NCBI GenBank assembly: GCA_043228905.1
Contig: JBHGNT010000009.1
Location: 13,578,001-13,642,000 of the forward strand
Source of the DNA: Azolla caroliniana
Taxonomy: Eukaryota > Plantae > Polypodiophyta
Direction: 5' to 3'
DNA length: 64,000 bases
Under the pieces are notes generated by a model. The model was not told where the DNA came from, did no database searches, and saw only the letters and a program-made list of their open reading frames with translations. Below are positions 45,001 to 56,340 of this stretch, piece by piece; within the stretch, counting starts at the first letter, position 1; every line of letters starts with the position of its first letter. Position numbers and translations under genes: made by a program.

Positions 45001-47359
45001 CCCTCCGTTATCCGCTCGTATCGCTTTCAGCTTCTTGCCGGATTCCCTTTCCACTCTCGCGTGGAGTTCTTTGAAGACGCACAACACTTGGTCCTTTGTC
45101 TTCAACGGTGCCGTCCACAGTCTTCGGCTGTGATCATCTATGAAAGTTACGAAGTACTGGGCTCCGCCATGTGACTTCGTTTCTACCTGACACACGTCGG
45201 TGTGCACCAACTCTAATGGTGCGCTACGTCTCGTCGGTGGCCTTGAGTGGAAGGAGGTTCGGTTCTGTTTACCGGCCAGGCAATCGGTGCACTTCTCCAG
45301 GTGCACATGCTTCACTGGAATAAGGTTGTCTTCTGCAAGCCTTTTCATCCCCTTCTCACTCATGTGGCACAGTCTTTTGTGCCACAGCTCACCGGCAGTG
45401 TCGGTTGCCACATTTAGCTCTTCCGGACATAGCCGGGCATTCATCAGGTACAGTGTGTTGTCTTTCCGGGCCCGAGCCACTATTAGACTCCCCTTGCTGA
45501 ACTTCATGACACCGTTCCGGATGCTACCCGTGTAGCCTTCATCATCTAGCCTCCCGGCCGAAATCAGGTTCAGTCGGACCTCCGGAACGTGTCGGACATT
45601 CTTCAGCAGCATTTTGCATCCGGTCGGGGTTGTCAACCACACGTCTCCTATGCCGGCAATCCGGCACGTACCTTCGTTTCCCATCCGAACACAGCCATGC
45701 TCGCCGGCTGTGTAGGATGAGAAGTATCTTCTCTCCGGGGTCAGGTGGAACGATGCTCCGGAATCGACCACCCAGGTCGTCTCATCGCCGGCAACGTTTA
45801 GCTCACCTTCTTCGGTGATGAGCATGATTTCTTCCTCACTTGCCGCGAGTGCCGTTGTTCCTTTCCGGTCCTGCCCTCGCCGATCCGAACCTCTCCGGTC
45901 CGTGGCTCCCCGGTATGCACCGTTTCTCTCCGGTGACTTCTTCGAATCGGTGTTGTCGGTTCCATTGTCCTTTCGGTAATGCCGACAATTCTTTCGGAAG
46001 TGCCCCGGCTTCCCACAGTGGAAGCATGTGGGCCTTCCTCTTGACTGCGACCGGGTCCCCGACTTCTCCCGTCTTTGCGGACTCCGGTTCCATTGTCTTC
46101 CCCGATCCGATTCGGTAAACAACATCTTCAGGTCGGAGGTCGGTTCCTTATCTCTCCGACGCGCTTCTTCGTTCAAAATACTTGTCTTTACCGTTTGTAG
46201 GGACAAGTTATCTTCGGTGCACGAGGTGCTGAGAGTCACCACCAAGTTCTCCCAGCTTTCCGGCAATGTACACATCAGGATGATGGCTTGCATTGCATCC
46301 TCCAACGGGAACTTGATCGCCGCAAGCTGATTCACGAATCCCATGAACGTGCTTACGTGTTCCACCATACTCTCGCCGTCCCGGTACTTGAGATTCACTA
46401 TCTTCCTCATCAGGGAGGTCCGGTTCAACGCATTCTTCCTCTCGTAGAGGCCCGACAGCTTCTTCCACATCTCATATGCGTTGGTGTCGTTTGCCACATG
46501 TTGTAGGACGCTTACATCGACATATTGTCGGATCGTTGCTACGGCTTTCCGGTTCAGGAGCTTCCACTCCGACTCAAGTACCCCTTTCGGTATTTCCGAC
46601 CTGTCAATCGGTTCGTACAGGTCCCGAACAATCAGAAGATCCTCCATCTTGATCTTCCAGTCGGCGTAATTCTGTGCATTCAGCACCATCATCCCCGGCT
46701 GCCCGCTGCCGCCGCCTTCCATTTTCTGCAGCAGTCGCTCTGATACCAGTTTGTTGAGAATCGATGCTTCGATTCACCTTCTTCACCCGGCCACAACCGA
46801 GTAATCGCGGATCAATGCAGCAGAAAATGGAAACCAAAAGAGAGAAACACACGAGTACACAGGGATTAACATGGAAAACCCTAGATGGGAAAAACCACGG
46901 GAGTACAAGACTCCAAACAACACTATACAAGAGAAGTATACAATGACGAGCTCCAAGGCGACGACCTTGAGCTCGCTGTCCTCGCCACAGGCGGCGGAAA
47001 TACACAGAGGCGTCGTCCTCTTCCTCTCTCGCGCTCTATCTCTCACTCTGTCTCACGACTGCTCCCTCTTCACTCCTCTTGAGTGGAAAAACAGAAAAAT
47101 GATAAGCAACAACAAAACTGTTTGCCCTAAGTCATATTTATACTTATATGACTTTGGGCTATTTACAACTGTAGCCTCAGGGGCCCATAGCGAACATATT
47201 CACGGATATGTCCCTGCATCCGGATCGCTCTCCGGGTACATTCGTCATCCGGTACCGAAACCGGGGTCTTCGTCATCCGGATCCGAAACCGAAACCGGGC
47301 TTGTCGGCATTCATCTCCGATATCCGACCATCCCATGCGAAGGGACCGTAATCCCAACA
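42031..47359 (-). mobile_element. Copia G, intact full-length element (5329 bp)
   Basis: 608-bp LTRs 42031-42638 and 46752-47359 (3 differences spotted); TSD TACTA; PBS at 46737-46748; PPT at ~42641-42651. Confidence 0.97.
42649..46722 (-). CDS. pol: Copia Gag-Pol polyprotein, 1357 aa (Gag, CCHC, PR, IN, RT, RNase H)
   Basis: Single open ORF with WVVDSGA, HHCC, D-D-E (TDVC, ADNGGEY, AERMN), YVDD, TDSD and YCDSQSA. Confidence 0.97.
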   Translation of the reverse strand: MEGGGSGQPGMMVLNAQNYADWKIKMEDLLIVRDLYEPIDRSEIPKGVLESEWKLLNRKAVATIRQYVDVSVLQHVANDTNAYEMWKKLSGLYERKNALNRTSLMRKIVNLKYRDGESMVEHVSTFMGFVNQLAAIKFPLEDAMQAIILMCTLPESWENLVVTLSTSCTEDNLSLQTVKTSILNEEARRRDKEPTSDLKMLFTESDRGRQWNRSPQRREKSGTRSQSRGRPTCFHCGKPGHFRKNCRHYRKDNGTDNTDSKKSPERNGAYRGATDRRGSDRRGQDRKGTTALAASEEEIMLITEEGELNVAGDETTWVVDSGASFHLTPERRYFSSYTAGEHGCVRMGNEGTCRIAGIGDVWLTTPTGCKMLLKNVRHVPEVRLNLISAGRLDDEGYTGSIRNGVMKFSKGSLIVARARKDNTLYLMNARLCPEELNVATDTAGELWHKRLCHMSEKGMKRLAEDNLIPVKHVHLEKCTDCLAGKQNRTSFHSRPPTRRSAPLELVHTDVCQVETKSHGGAQYFVTFIDDHSRRLWTAPLKTKDQVLCVFKELHARVERESGKKLKAIRADNGGEYRGQFQEYCRSKGIRLEFTVPKTPELNGLAERMNRTIMERVRSMLAHAKLPKGFWAEAMSTATYVINRSPSVPLDGDTPQRVWTGREVSYRHLKVFGCLAYVHVAKDRRGKLDPKTRPCIFLGYGDDEFGYRVWDPVDKKIFRSRDIVFMEDKTLADWESEKKMKSSKSTGEDKLYEEQSRPARDRLALEDPAEDGEETEPAEEDENDTGTGPDPEMDSDEEESEEPVTEAPERRYPLRERRAPRRFPEPEHVLLTDEGEPESFEEAKHDTQSRKWLSAMQDEMDSLHENHTYELVELPKGKRALRNKWVFKLKPGDAGNPPRYKARIVVKGFQQKKGVDFDEIFAPVVKMTSIRTVLSIAASMDLEVEQMDVKTAFLHGDLEEEIYMQQPEGFEKEGKEHLVCRLKKSLYGLKQAPRQWYRKFDSFMTDEGYLKTQSDHCVFVKKFEGGDFLILLLYVDDMLIVGRDQVKIRMLKKALHRTFSMKDLGPARQILGMHIIRDRSKKQLWLSQEKYVTKVLHRFNMSEARPVGSTLPANCKLSSKQSPKTKAEKEDMMKVPYASAVGSLMYAMVCTRPDIGYAVGVVSRYMSNPGKEHWNAVKWILRYLKGTANVCLRFGSGKPELDGFTDSDMSADADTSRSTSGYVMTYAGGAVSWQSRLQKTVALSTTEAEYMAAVEAGKEIIWMKDFIRELGIQQEEYRLYCDSQSAIHLAKNAAYHSRTKHIQRRYHWIRERIEDKEFVLTKIHTDENGSDMLTKVLTPDKLEACRKRIGLERHPMPK

Positions 47360-49574
47360 TACTACGGGGGCAAATATCTCGTTGAAGTCCACGCCCTTCT
47401 TCTGCTGGAACCCCTTGACCACGATCCTCGCTTTGTATCTTGGAGGGTTGCCGGCATCTCCCGGTTTCAACTTGTACACCCACTTGTTTTGGAGTGCTCT
47501 CTTTCCTTTCGGCAACTCCAGCAATTCATACATGTGGTTCTCATGCAAGGAATCCATCTCGTCCTGCATGGCACTCAACCACTTGCGGCTATGGGCGTCA
47601 CTTTTAGCTTCCTCGAAGCTTTCTGGCCCCCCCTCATCGGTTAGCAGCACATGCTCTGCATCTAAAAATCTCTGGGGGCCCTTCTCTCTCTCAGAGGATA
47701 TCTTGGTCTTTGGCTTTCGGCAACCGGCTCCTCTATTTGTTCTTCATCCGAATCCGATTCAGGGTCTTGTCCGGTTCCGGTTTCATCTATTCCTTCTTCT
47801 TCCGCCTGTCTTGTCTCCTTACCGTCACCGGCCGGCTCATCGAGTGCTAACCGGTCTCTTGCCGGTTGGCTCTGCTCATCGTAGAATCAATCCTTACCGG
47901 TCGACTCGGAGTTCATTATCTTCTTCTCCGACTCCCAGTCGGTGAGCGTCTTGTCCTCCATGAAGATAATATCTCGACTCCGGAATACTTTCTGGTCGAC
48001 CGGGTCCCACACTCGGTAGCCAAACTCATCGTCGCCATAACCGAGGAATATGCATGGCCGGGTCTTTGGATCTAACTTTCCTCTCCGGTCCTTAGCTACA
48101 TGCATGTATGCGAGACACCCGAACACCTTCAAATGCCGGTAGGATACTTCCTTACCGGTCCATACTCTTTGTGGCGTGTCTCCATCCAAGGGTGATCTGT
48201 TTATCACATATGTCGCCGTCGACAGTGGCTCAGCCCAAAACTTCTTGGGTAGTTTTGCATGCGCTAGCATACTCCGGACCCTCTCCATTATGGTCTGGTT
48301 CATCCTCTCGGCTAGCCCATTTCGTTCCGGCGTCTCCGGCACGGTAAATTCAAGCCGGATTCCCTTCGAGCGACAGTACTCCTCGAACTGCCCCCGGTAT
48401 TCACCTCCGTTATCTCCTCGAACCGCCTTCAGCTTCCGCCCAGTTTCTCTTTCCACTCTCGCGTGGAGCTCTTTGAAGACGGATAGCACCTGATCCTTCA
48501 TCTTCAACGGTGTGGCCCATAGCTTCCGGCTGTGGTCATCTATGAACGTCACGAAGTACTGTGATCCTGCATGTGACTTCGTGTCCACTTGACACACGTC
48601 AGTATGCACCAACTCCAGTGGTGCATTACATCTCATCGGTGGCCTTGGTCGGAAGGAGGTCCGGTTTTGCTTACCGACCAGATAATCAGTGCACTTCTCC
48701 AAGTGCACGTTCTTCACTGGAATGAGGTTGTCTTCTGCAAGCCTCTTCATCCCCTTCTCACTTATGTGACACAGCCTTTTGTGCCACAGCTCACCGGCAG
48801 TGTCGGATGCCACATTCACTTCCTCCGGACATAACCGGCCATTCATTAGGTACAACGTGTTGACCTTTCGGGACCAAGCCACAATCAGGCTCCCTTTGCT
48901 TAACTTCATGACACCATTCCAGATGCTACCCGTGTAGCCTTCATCGTCTAACCGACCAGCTGATATCAGGTTCAGACGAACCTCCGGAACGTGTCAGACA
49001 TCCTTTAGAAGCAACTTGCATTCGGTTGGTGCTATCAGCCACACGTCTCCTATGCCAACAATTCGGCATGTACCTTCATTCCCCATCCGGACACAGCCGT
49101 GATCATCGGCTGAGTAGGATGAGAAGCATTTCTGGTCCGGGGTAAGGTGGAACAACGCGCCAAAGTCTACCACCCAGGTCATCTTGTTGACCGGTCAGAA
49201 GAGCAAGGACAAGTGGGAAGGCGGAGTCAGATCGGATAATAGGAAGTAAATAATAGTATAATTATTATTCGGAGGGACGGATCCGGTACAGTTGTACCGA
49301 TCCGGATCCGGACCGATTCGGATGCCGGTTGCCTAAACGCACCGATTATAACCTTGCCGGATGCCTATAAAAGGATCCGATGATTTGTAAAGGTTGGACA
49401 AAAGTAATACAAAAGTAATTATTGCGTGTTTATCTGTATCTTTGTATTGTTTTACCGTCTGTGCTTAATTGTAATAATCTTATGCGTGTAACCTAGCATC
49501 CAATCCTTACCACCCCTTTGGAGAAATGTCGGATAGACACCTGTGTTGAGGCTAGTCCGGCCTGGCAGACAACA

Positions 49575-49991
49575 GACACCCTCTATCACAAGGGGGCAGA
49601 TGGCATCTGGAGACGAGCAGTGCGGAGCGATGAGAAGGATCTAATCCTCAGGGAAGCCCACTGTGGAATTGCCGGCGGGCATTATGCCGGCGACGCAACC
49701 GCTCGGAAAATATGGCAAAGCGGACTGTGGTGGCCCACCACCCTAAAAGATGCCGTGAAGTATAACAGAGAATGCGATTTGTGTCAACGACTGGGCCAAC
49801 CCACGGAGCAGGCCCGGATGCCACACCACCCGGTCTTGCCATTGGAACCGTTTCAAAAATGGGGTTTGGACTTTGTCGGTCCCTTCAAGCCACCGGCAAT
49901 GCGAACCGGAAATCGGTATGTCATAGTGGCGTCCGACTATTGCACCAAATGGGTAGAAGTGAAGGCCTTACGGGACAACACTATTTTGGCG
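49575..49991 (+). repeat. 417-bp copy of the element's own integrase segment (54609-55025) between the 5' LTR and the PBS
   Basis: Near-identical direct repeat GACACCCTCTATCAC..ACAACACTATTTTGGCG. Confidence 0.92.
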
Positions 49992-50032
49992 ACCACGATT
50001 CCTGCAAAGTGCAGAGGACAACCGGGGGATGG

Positions 50033-53000
50033 ATGTCTAGACCAAACGACGACCACATCACCGAACGAGGGAGACGATACACCGAACGAGAGCAACGACG
50101 GGAAGCCCTGCAGCAAGCCGTCGACGAGATCCGGCGAGATCGATCATTCTCCAGAACTCTTCGGAGAGTCGCAGAAGAAGCACTGCATTTCCGGGTTCTG
50201 CAAGTCCCCGACGAAGGCAGTAGCATAACAAGCCTGCAAGAGGCGGAAACGATACTACAGACGCTCTTCGGGGGCGACGGGGACTCGGAAGCATTCGCAA
50301 CACTTGAGGCGGAGTCAGAAAGCGACGGAAGCGTTGCATCCCGGTATAAAAGCAGCCACGACACACCAAACGACCCGGGGGAAGAGGGGTCGGAAGACTC
50401 AGTAACACCGGAGCCAGAGGAAGAAATAACCTTGGAGTTCGGTGACCGGCAATCGCCGAGGGAGGCTGACCGGATACCGACAACACCCGCGGAGGAACCG
50501 AAGGAGCGGATACCGACAACACCCGCTAAGGAACCGAAGGAGAAGATACCGGCACCAACCGCGGAGGAACCAAAGGTTCTCACACCGACGCCAACAGCGG
50601 ACAGAGAGCGGAGAAAGCAGGGGAGTCAGTTGGACGACACGATGCCGTACCCATACCCAAAGTACCGGGATGAGCCCGACGCGGAGGCACATGTGTACGC
50701 ATTCCTCCAAACATGGGAAGCCAACCATGTCTCCCAAAGACTGACGGAGCCCGAAGCCGAATGATCCAAAGTTGCCAAATTCGGCATGACCTTAGAAGGA
50801 CCGGCGGCCCGATGGCACGCAAAGCACTTACCGGGCAGCTTTGCCACATTCGATGCCTTGAAGGCCAAATTCCTCAGGCTTTTTCACAGACAAGTTGAGC
50901 AAAGGGAATTGGTGGGGCAGTTCTACACCACCCGGCAGGAAGAGAATGAGACTGTGCCACAATTCATCATTCGGTTTCAGACCCTGCACATTCAACTGAC
51001 GAGAGCACCACCCGAAGACGAAGCCAAAGCAGTCTTTTTGGCCGCGCTGAAAGAGCCACTTCGAACAATGTGCGGAGTCCTTGATTTCCGCATCAGCACA
51101 ATGGACCAAGTTATTGATCGAGTCTTAGAAATGGACAAGACTAGCTCCTTCTTGTCGATGGGGATGTTACACCGGGCACTCCCGAAGCAGGAAGACCTGA
51201 GGTTCCGACAAGCCTTACAATGCACAACATGCCTAAATTCGGGCCACTCAACAGTAGACTACACCCTGCGGACACAATGTATGATCTGCAACTCTCGAGC
51301 CCATACAACGGACCGATGCGAATATAACCTGTTAAATCGGCAAGCAGCACCGGTTCGACACATAGAACCGCGCAATCAGAACCCGGATGAGGATCGATTC
51401 CGGAGAGACGACCGCTACCAACGCGAACGCGGTAACAGATACGCTGATAGAAGTCGCGATAACTATGACCGAGAGGAGAAACGCAGCGATAGCTACCCCC
51501 GGGACCGGTACGACCGAGATGAATCCCCGGAATACGAACGACGCAGAGAAGAGAGGCGACAAGGGAACCGAAATTTCCGACGGAATCAGAAGCGTGGATT
51601 TTTCCGAAGAGAGGAACGTCGGGAGGCAGCAAGGAATGACAACCCAGTATCGGTACCGGATAACCGAAAAACCGAAGATGATCGCCAAAGTGTACACACC
51701 CTCCAAACCGGGGACAAAGGAGAAACGAGCAATAGTCACAAGGTGTACTGTTATTACTGCCGTAAGGAAGGCCATTATAGTAACCAATGCCCAAGCAAAA
51801 CCAATGACAAGCAGCCGGCAGTCAACATGGTTACAACCGAAATAACAGAATTACAGCAGGTCACAACCCGGTCAAAGGGAAAGACCGCCGAGCGGGAAGC
51901 CGAGGAGGCAATCAGAAAACAAGCGGCGCAATGGATCAAGGAGGCCAATGAACAGAATGCGGCAGAAGTAAGAGACCAAAATATGCCAAAAGACGAAGAA
52001 ATCATACAGCCAGGAGAAAACCCGGCGTGGCAAGCGCTACAGGACTGTCAAATCGTGTTGCCGTTAGCACGGCTACTACAGTTGGTGCCACGTTTTACGG
52101 CAGACTTACAGGCATCCGTGAGCAAACCGAAGCCGACGCCAGCACCGACATTCTTCTCCAACTCGGAGGAAGGACCAACGGTGGTCGATACAAGTAGCCC
52201 GGCGATCACAGCAATCGTGAAAGGAAAGGAAATTGCTGGAACGATTATTGACGGAGGCTCCGGGGTAAATGTCATCAGCCGACAGACATGCGATAACCTG
52301 GGCATCCGGGAATGGGAACCATGCCCCTTCTGGTTACGCATGGCGGATACCAACTCAGTCCGACGGACCGGGCTTATCCGGGATTTGGAAGTAACGATCG
52401 GAGGCCACGTATTCCGGATATCGGCCGTGCTGCTGCAGCTGAATGTACAAGGCGCGTACCCCCTACTGCTAGGACGACCATGGCTGCGAACGGCGCATAT
52501 CAAGCAAAACTGGCAAAAGAACATGATCACATTCCGGCGAGGGAAAACAAAGGTACGAGTAACGACGCAACCACAGGTGATCGCCAGTAAGGAAGCAACT
52601 CCATTGTATGCGGAAAGCATCAACATGTTGGAGGGATTACCGGACGAGGAAGTCGAGCGGTACCTCGAGGAACACCCACGAATCGTCCCACTATTTGAGG
52701 TGGATATCACGGCGGCAGTAGAACCGTACATCACAACGCCGGACGAACCGGACCAAGCAGCGACCCGGGAACTGCAACAAGCGCAGGAATCCCTAGAGAG
52801 GGAAATGACGATATCCCAGAGGGTAAAAGCATCCCAACTAGAGGAGGTGAACCTCGGCACAACAGACAAACCCCGACCGGTAAATGTCGCAAAGGAATTG
52901 CCGAAGGAAGAAAAGAAGGCAATGGTAGCATTATTAACAGACTTCAAGGATGTGTTCGCGTGGTCGTACGAAGACATGCGAGGGCTGGACCCCCAGCTCT

Positions 53001-55892
53001 ATCAGCACCAAATTCACCTAAGTACGGACGCGAAACCGATCGCTCAACGCAGGTACCGGATGAATCCGAATTATGCAGCGAAGGTGAAGGAGGAGATTGA
53101 TAAGCTCCTCTGGGTCGGATTTATCCGACCGGTCAAGCAGGCAACCTGGCTGAGTCCGATAGTGGTGGTCCCGAAAAAGAACGGCAAAATCCGGGTATGC
53201 GTGGACTACCGCAAACTAAATGCCGCAACAATGACTGATGCGTTTCCACTACCATTTACGGACGGGGTGTTAGATGCGGTAGCCGGCCACGAAGTTTACA
53301 GCTTCCTGGATGGATTTAGCAGCTACAACCAAATACGAATGAACCCGGCCGACCAGGAGAAGACAACGTTCGTTACGGAATGGGGAGTCTTCGTCGCGGT
53401 TGTGATGATGTTTGGACTAAAGACGGCTCCAGTGACCTTTCAAAGGATAATAATGGAAATTTTCGGGGAATATATCCCCGGTTTTATGCAGGTCTTCCTT
53501 GACGATTTTGCGGTCTACAGCCGGCACGGAGAGCATCTCGATCACCTCCGGCTGTGCTTGGAGAAGTGCCGCGAGTACCGGTTGAGTCTGAACCCGGCCA
53601 AGTGCGTCTTTGGAGTGGCAAGCGGCAACTTACTAGGGCACGTGGTGAGTAAGGAAGGAATCGCGGTAGATCCGGATAAAGTAAAGGCAATTCTCGAGGC
53701 ACCAGCACCAAATAACGCAAAGGCTTTAAGTTGGTTCCTGGGCCAAATAAGGTGAGTAAGGAAGGAATCGCGGTAGATCCGGATAAAGTAAAGGCAATTC
53801 TCGAGGCACCAGCACCAAATAACGCAAAGGCTTTAAGTTGGTTCCTGGGCCAAATAAGGTGGCATAGCCGGATGATACGGCACCTCGCAGACTTCGCTAC
53901 ACCTTTGCATACCGCCGTACACAGGGTACCCTTCCTATGGGCGGAGACGGAGGAGGAAGCCTACCAAGTGTTGAAGGTTATGCTGTCGCAAGCTCCGGTG
54001 GTGCAACCGCCGGATTGGAGTAAAAGCTTTCACGTCTTCGTCGACGCGTCAGACGTAGCAATCGGCAACGTTCTGATGCAACTCACGGAGCCGAAATGGT
54101 ACCGACCGGTGTACTATGCAAGCTGGAAACTCTCAAAAGCCGAACGGAACTACTCTACGACGGAATGTGAGGCATTAGGAATGGTGTATAGTGTCACAAA
54201 GTACAGGCACTATCTGCTCGGAAGGAAGTTTTCCTTCCATGTCGACCATTCGGCACTACTCTACCTGGTCTCGAAGGCATTCCTGACGGGAAAAATTGCA
54301 CAATGGACACTGTTGTTATAGGAATTTGAATTCGACATTTTCCACCGACCCGGGGCACAGCATGCGGTAGCGGACTACCTAAGCAAACTCGAATCCGGAG
54401 AAGCAGGGGACGACGTCCAGGATGAGTTCCCCGACGCCGAGTTGTCCAGATCACGACGGAACCGGCAACGGATGCAACGGTAGCCGATGAAGACACGTGG
54501 CTAACTGAGATGCATCAGTTCCTGAGCACCGGAGTACCCCCGGAGAACATGGACCGCGATGAAAGGAAAAGGGTAGCAGTAAGAAGCAAACATTTCTGCT
54601 TGGTTGGAGACACCCTCTATCACAAGGGGGCAGATGGCATCTGGAGACGAGCAGTGCGGAGCGATGAGAAGGATCTAATCCTTAGGGAAGCCCACTATGG
54701 AATTGCCGGCGGGTATTATGCCGACGACGCAACCGCTCGGAAAATATGGCAGAGCGGACTGTGGTGGCCCACCACCCTAAAAGATGCCGTGAAGTATAGC
54801 AGAGAATGCGATTTGTGTCAACGACTGGGCCAACCCACGGAGCAAGCCCGGATGCCACACCACCCGGTCTTGCCATTGGAACCGTTTCAAAAGTGGGGTT
54901 TGGACTTTGTCGGTCCCTTCAAGCCACCGACAATGCGAACCGGAAATCGGTATGCCATAGTGGCGACCGACTATTGCACCAAATGGGTAGAAGCGAAGGC
55001 CTTACGGGACAACACTATTTTGGCGTCCACGGCAAAGTTCCTGTACGAGTGCATATGGTGCCAGTATGGATGCCCGATTGAGCTTATAAGTGACCAAGGA
55101 GGACACTTTCTCGGGCAGGTAGTAGAAAGCCTGACGTCATTTTACGCGGTGGTACATAAAAGGAGTACTCCCTACTACCCTCAAGCCAATGGACTCGCGG
55201 AATCGACGAACAAAACTCTGCAGAACATCCTACGAAAAACCGTCAACGAGAACCGGACCGACTGGGATACGAAATAGCAGAGCGCGCTATGGGCGTACAG
55301 AACAACGTAGAAAACCAGCATCCGGACAACCCCGTTCCGACTAGCATTCGGTTTAGAAGCGGTCATGCCGGTAGAGTTCCAGATCCCCAGCTTACGGATC
55401 CAGGTAAAGGAGCGCTTAGGTGAGAAGGAGTCCGAACGAATCCGGCTGGCGACGTTGTTGGAATTAGAAGAAAACCGAATAGCCAACTTAGTACAACTCG
55501 AACTGGAGCAAAGGAGGAGAAAAGCTTTCGTGGACCGACACCGGCGTGGCAATGAAAAGGAGTTCAAAGTCGGGAAACTGGTGCTACTGTTCCAGACACG
55601 GATGGGGAACATGCCGGGAAAGTTGCAGTTTGGGTGGACCGGACCGTTCTGGATCACCAAGGAGTACAATGGGTCGTATCAGCTCGGCACGTTGTCTGGA
55701 GAAGTCATTGGTAAATGGGCAAATGGGTTTCGGCTAAAGCCGTATAAGGGAAATATGCCAGCCAACCCGTTCAAGCAAAACCCGGAAATCTGGCACGATG
55801 AGGAACCGACACCGACAGACGCTACTAAAGATATCCGGACCGAGGAAGAACCGACACCGATACTGACAAAGACTATCCCGGAAAACCGATAG
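50033..55892 (+). pseudogene. pol: Gypsy H gag-pol (Gag, CCHC knuckles, PR, RT, RNase H, IN)
   Basis: CYYCRKEGHYSNQC, IIDGGSG, VCVDYRKLN, FLDD, VDASD, WGLDFVGP, SDQGGHF. Several stops and a 107-bp tandem duplication at 53644-53857. Confidence 0.93.
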
Positions 55893-56340
55893 AAGGATCC
55901 GGTATCAGCGCGAACCAACCTGAACAAATCAGGGGGGACCAGAAAATGACGTGGTCCAAACAAACAGAAAAAAAATAAAAAAAATCATGGTAATGATGGG
56001 GAGATCACAAGAGGTGGGAGCGCCACCATGCAATGAAGAGGCGCCATGCAGTAAAGGAGGACGTGCGTGTACTTGCTATTTAAAGCATGGAACGTGGGCA
56101 CCGACTCACACGCGGCAAGCAAGAAAGGACATACTAATTATGGCGGGAGATGGACATGCGCGGGAAACGAAAAAGGGCGGCTCGAGGCAAAAGCCACTAT
56201 ATAAGACACAGGCCTGCGAAGGCCTTACTTTTTACGAATTTTCCTACACACAGGCGCAAAAGCACAGAAGAGCGATCCTACGCACAACGCACACACATCC
56301 CGATTCCGAACAAGAGACAGCAGAAGAAGAATTCGAACCA

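Noticed and set aside
42664-47644. Many plus-strand ORFs over Copia G, and similar shadow ORFs elsewhere
   Set aside because: Antisense or alternative-frame by-products of GC-rich coding sequence and LTRs, with no recognisable motifs.
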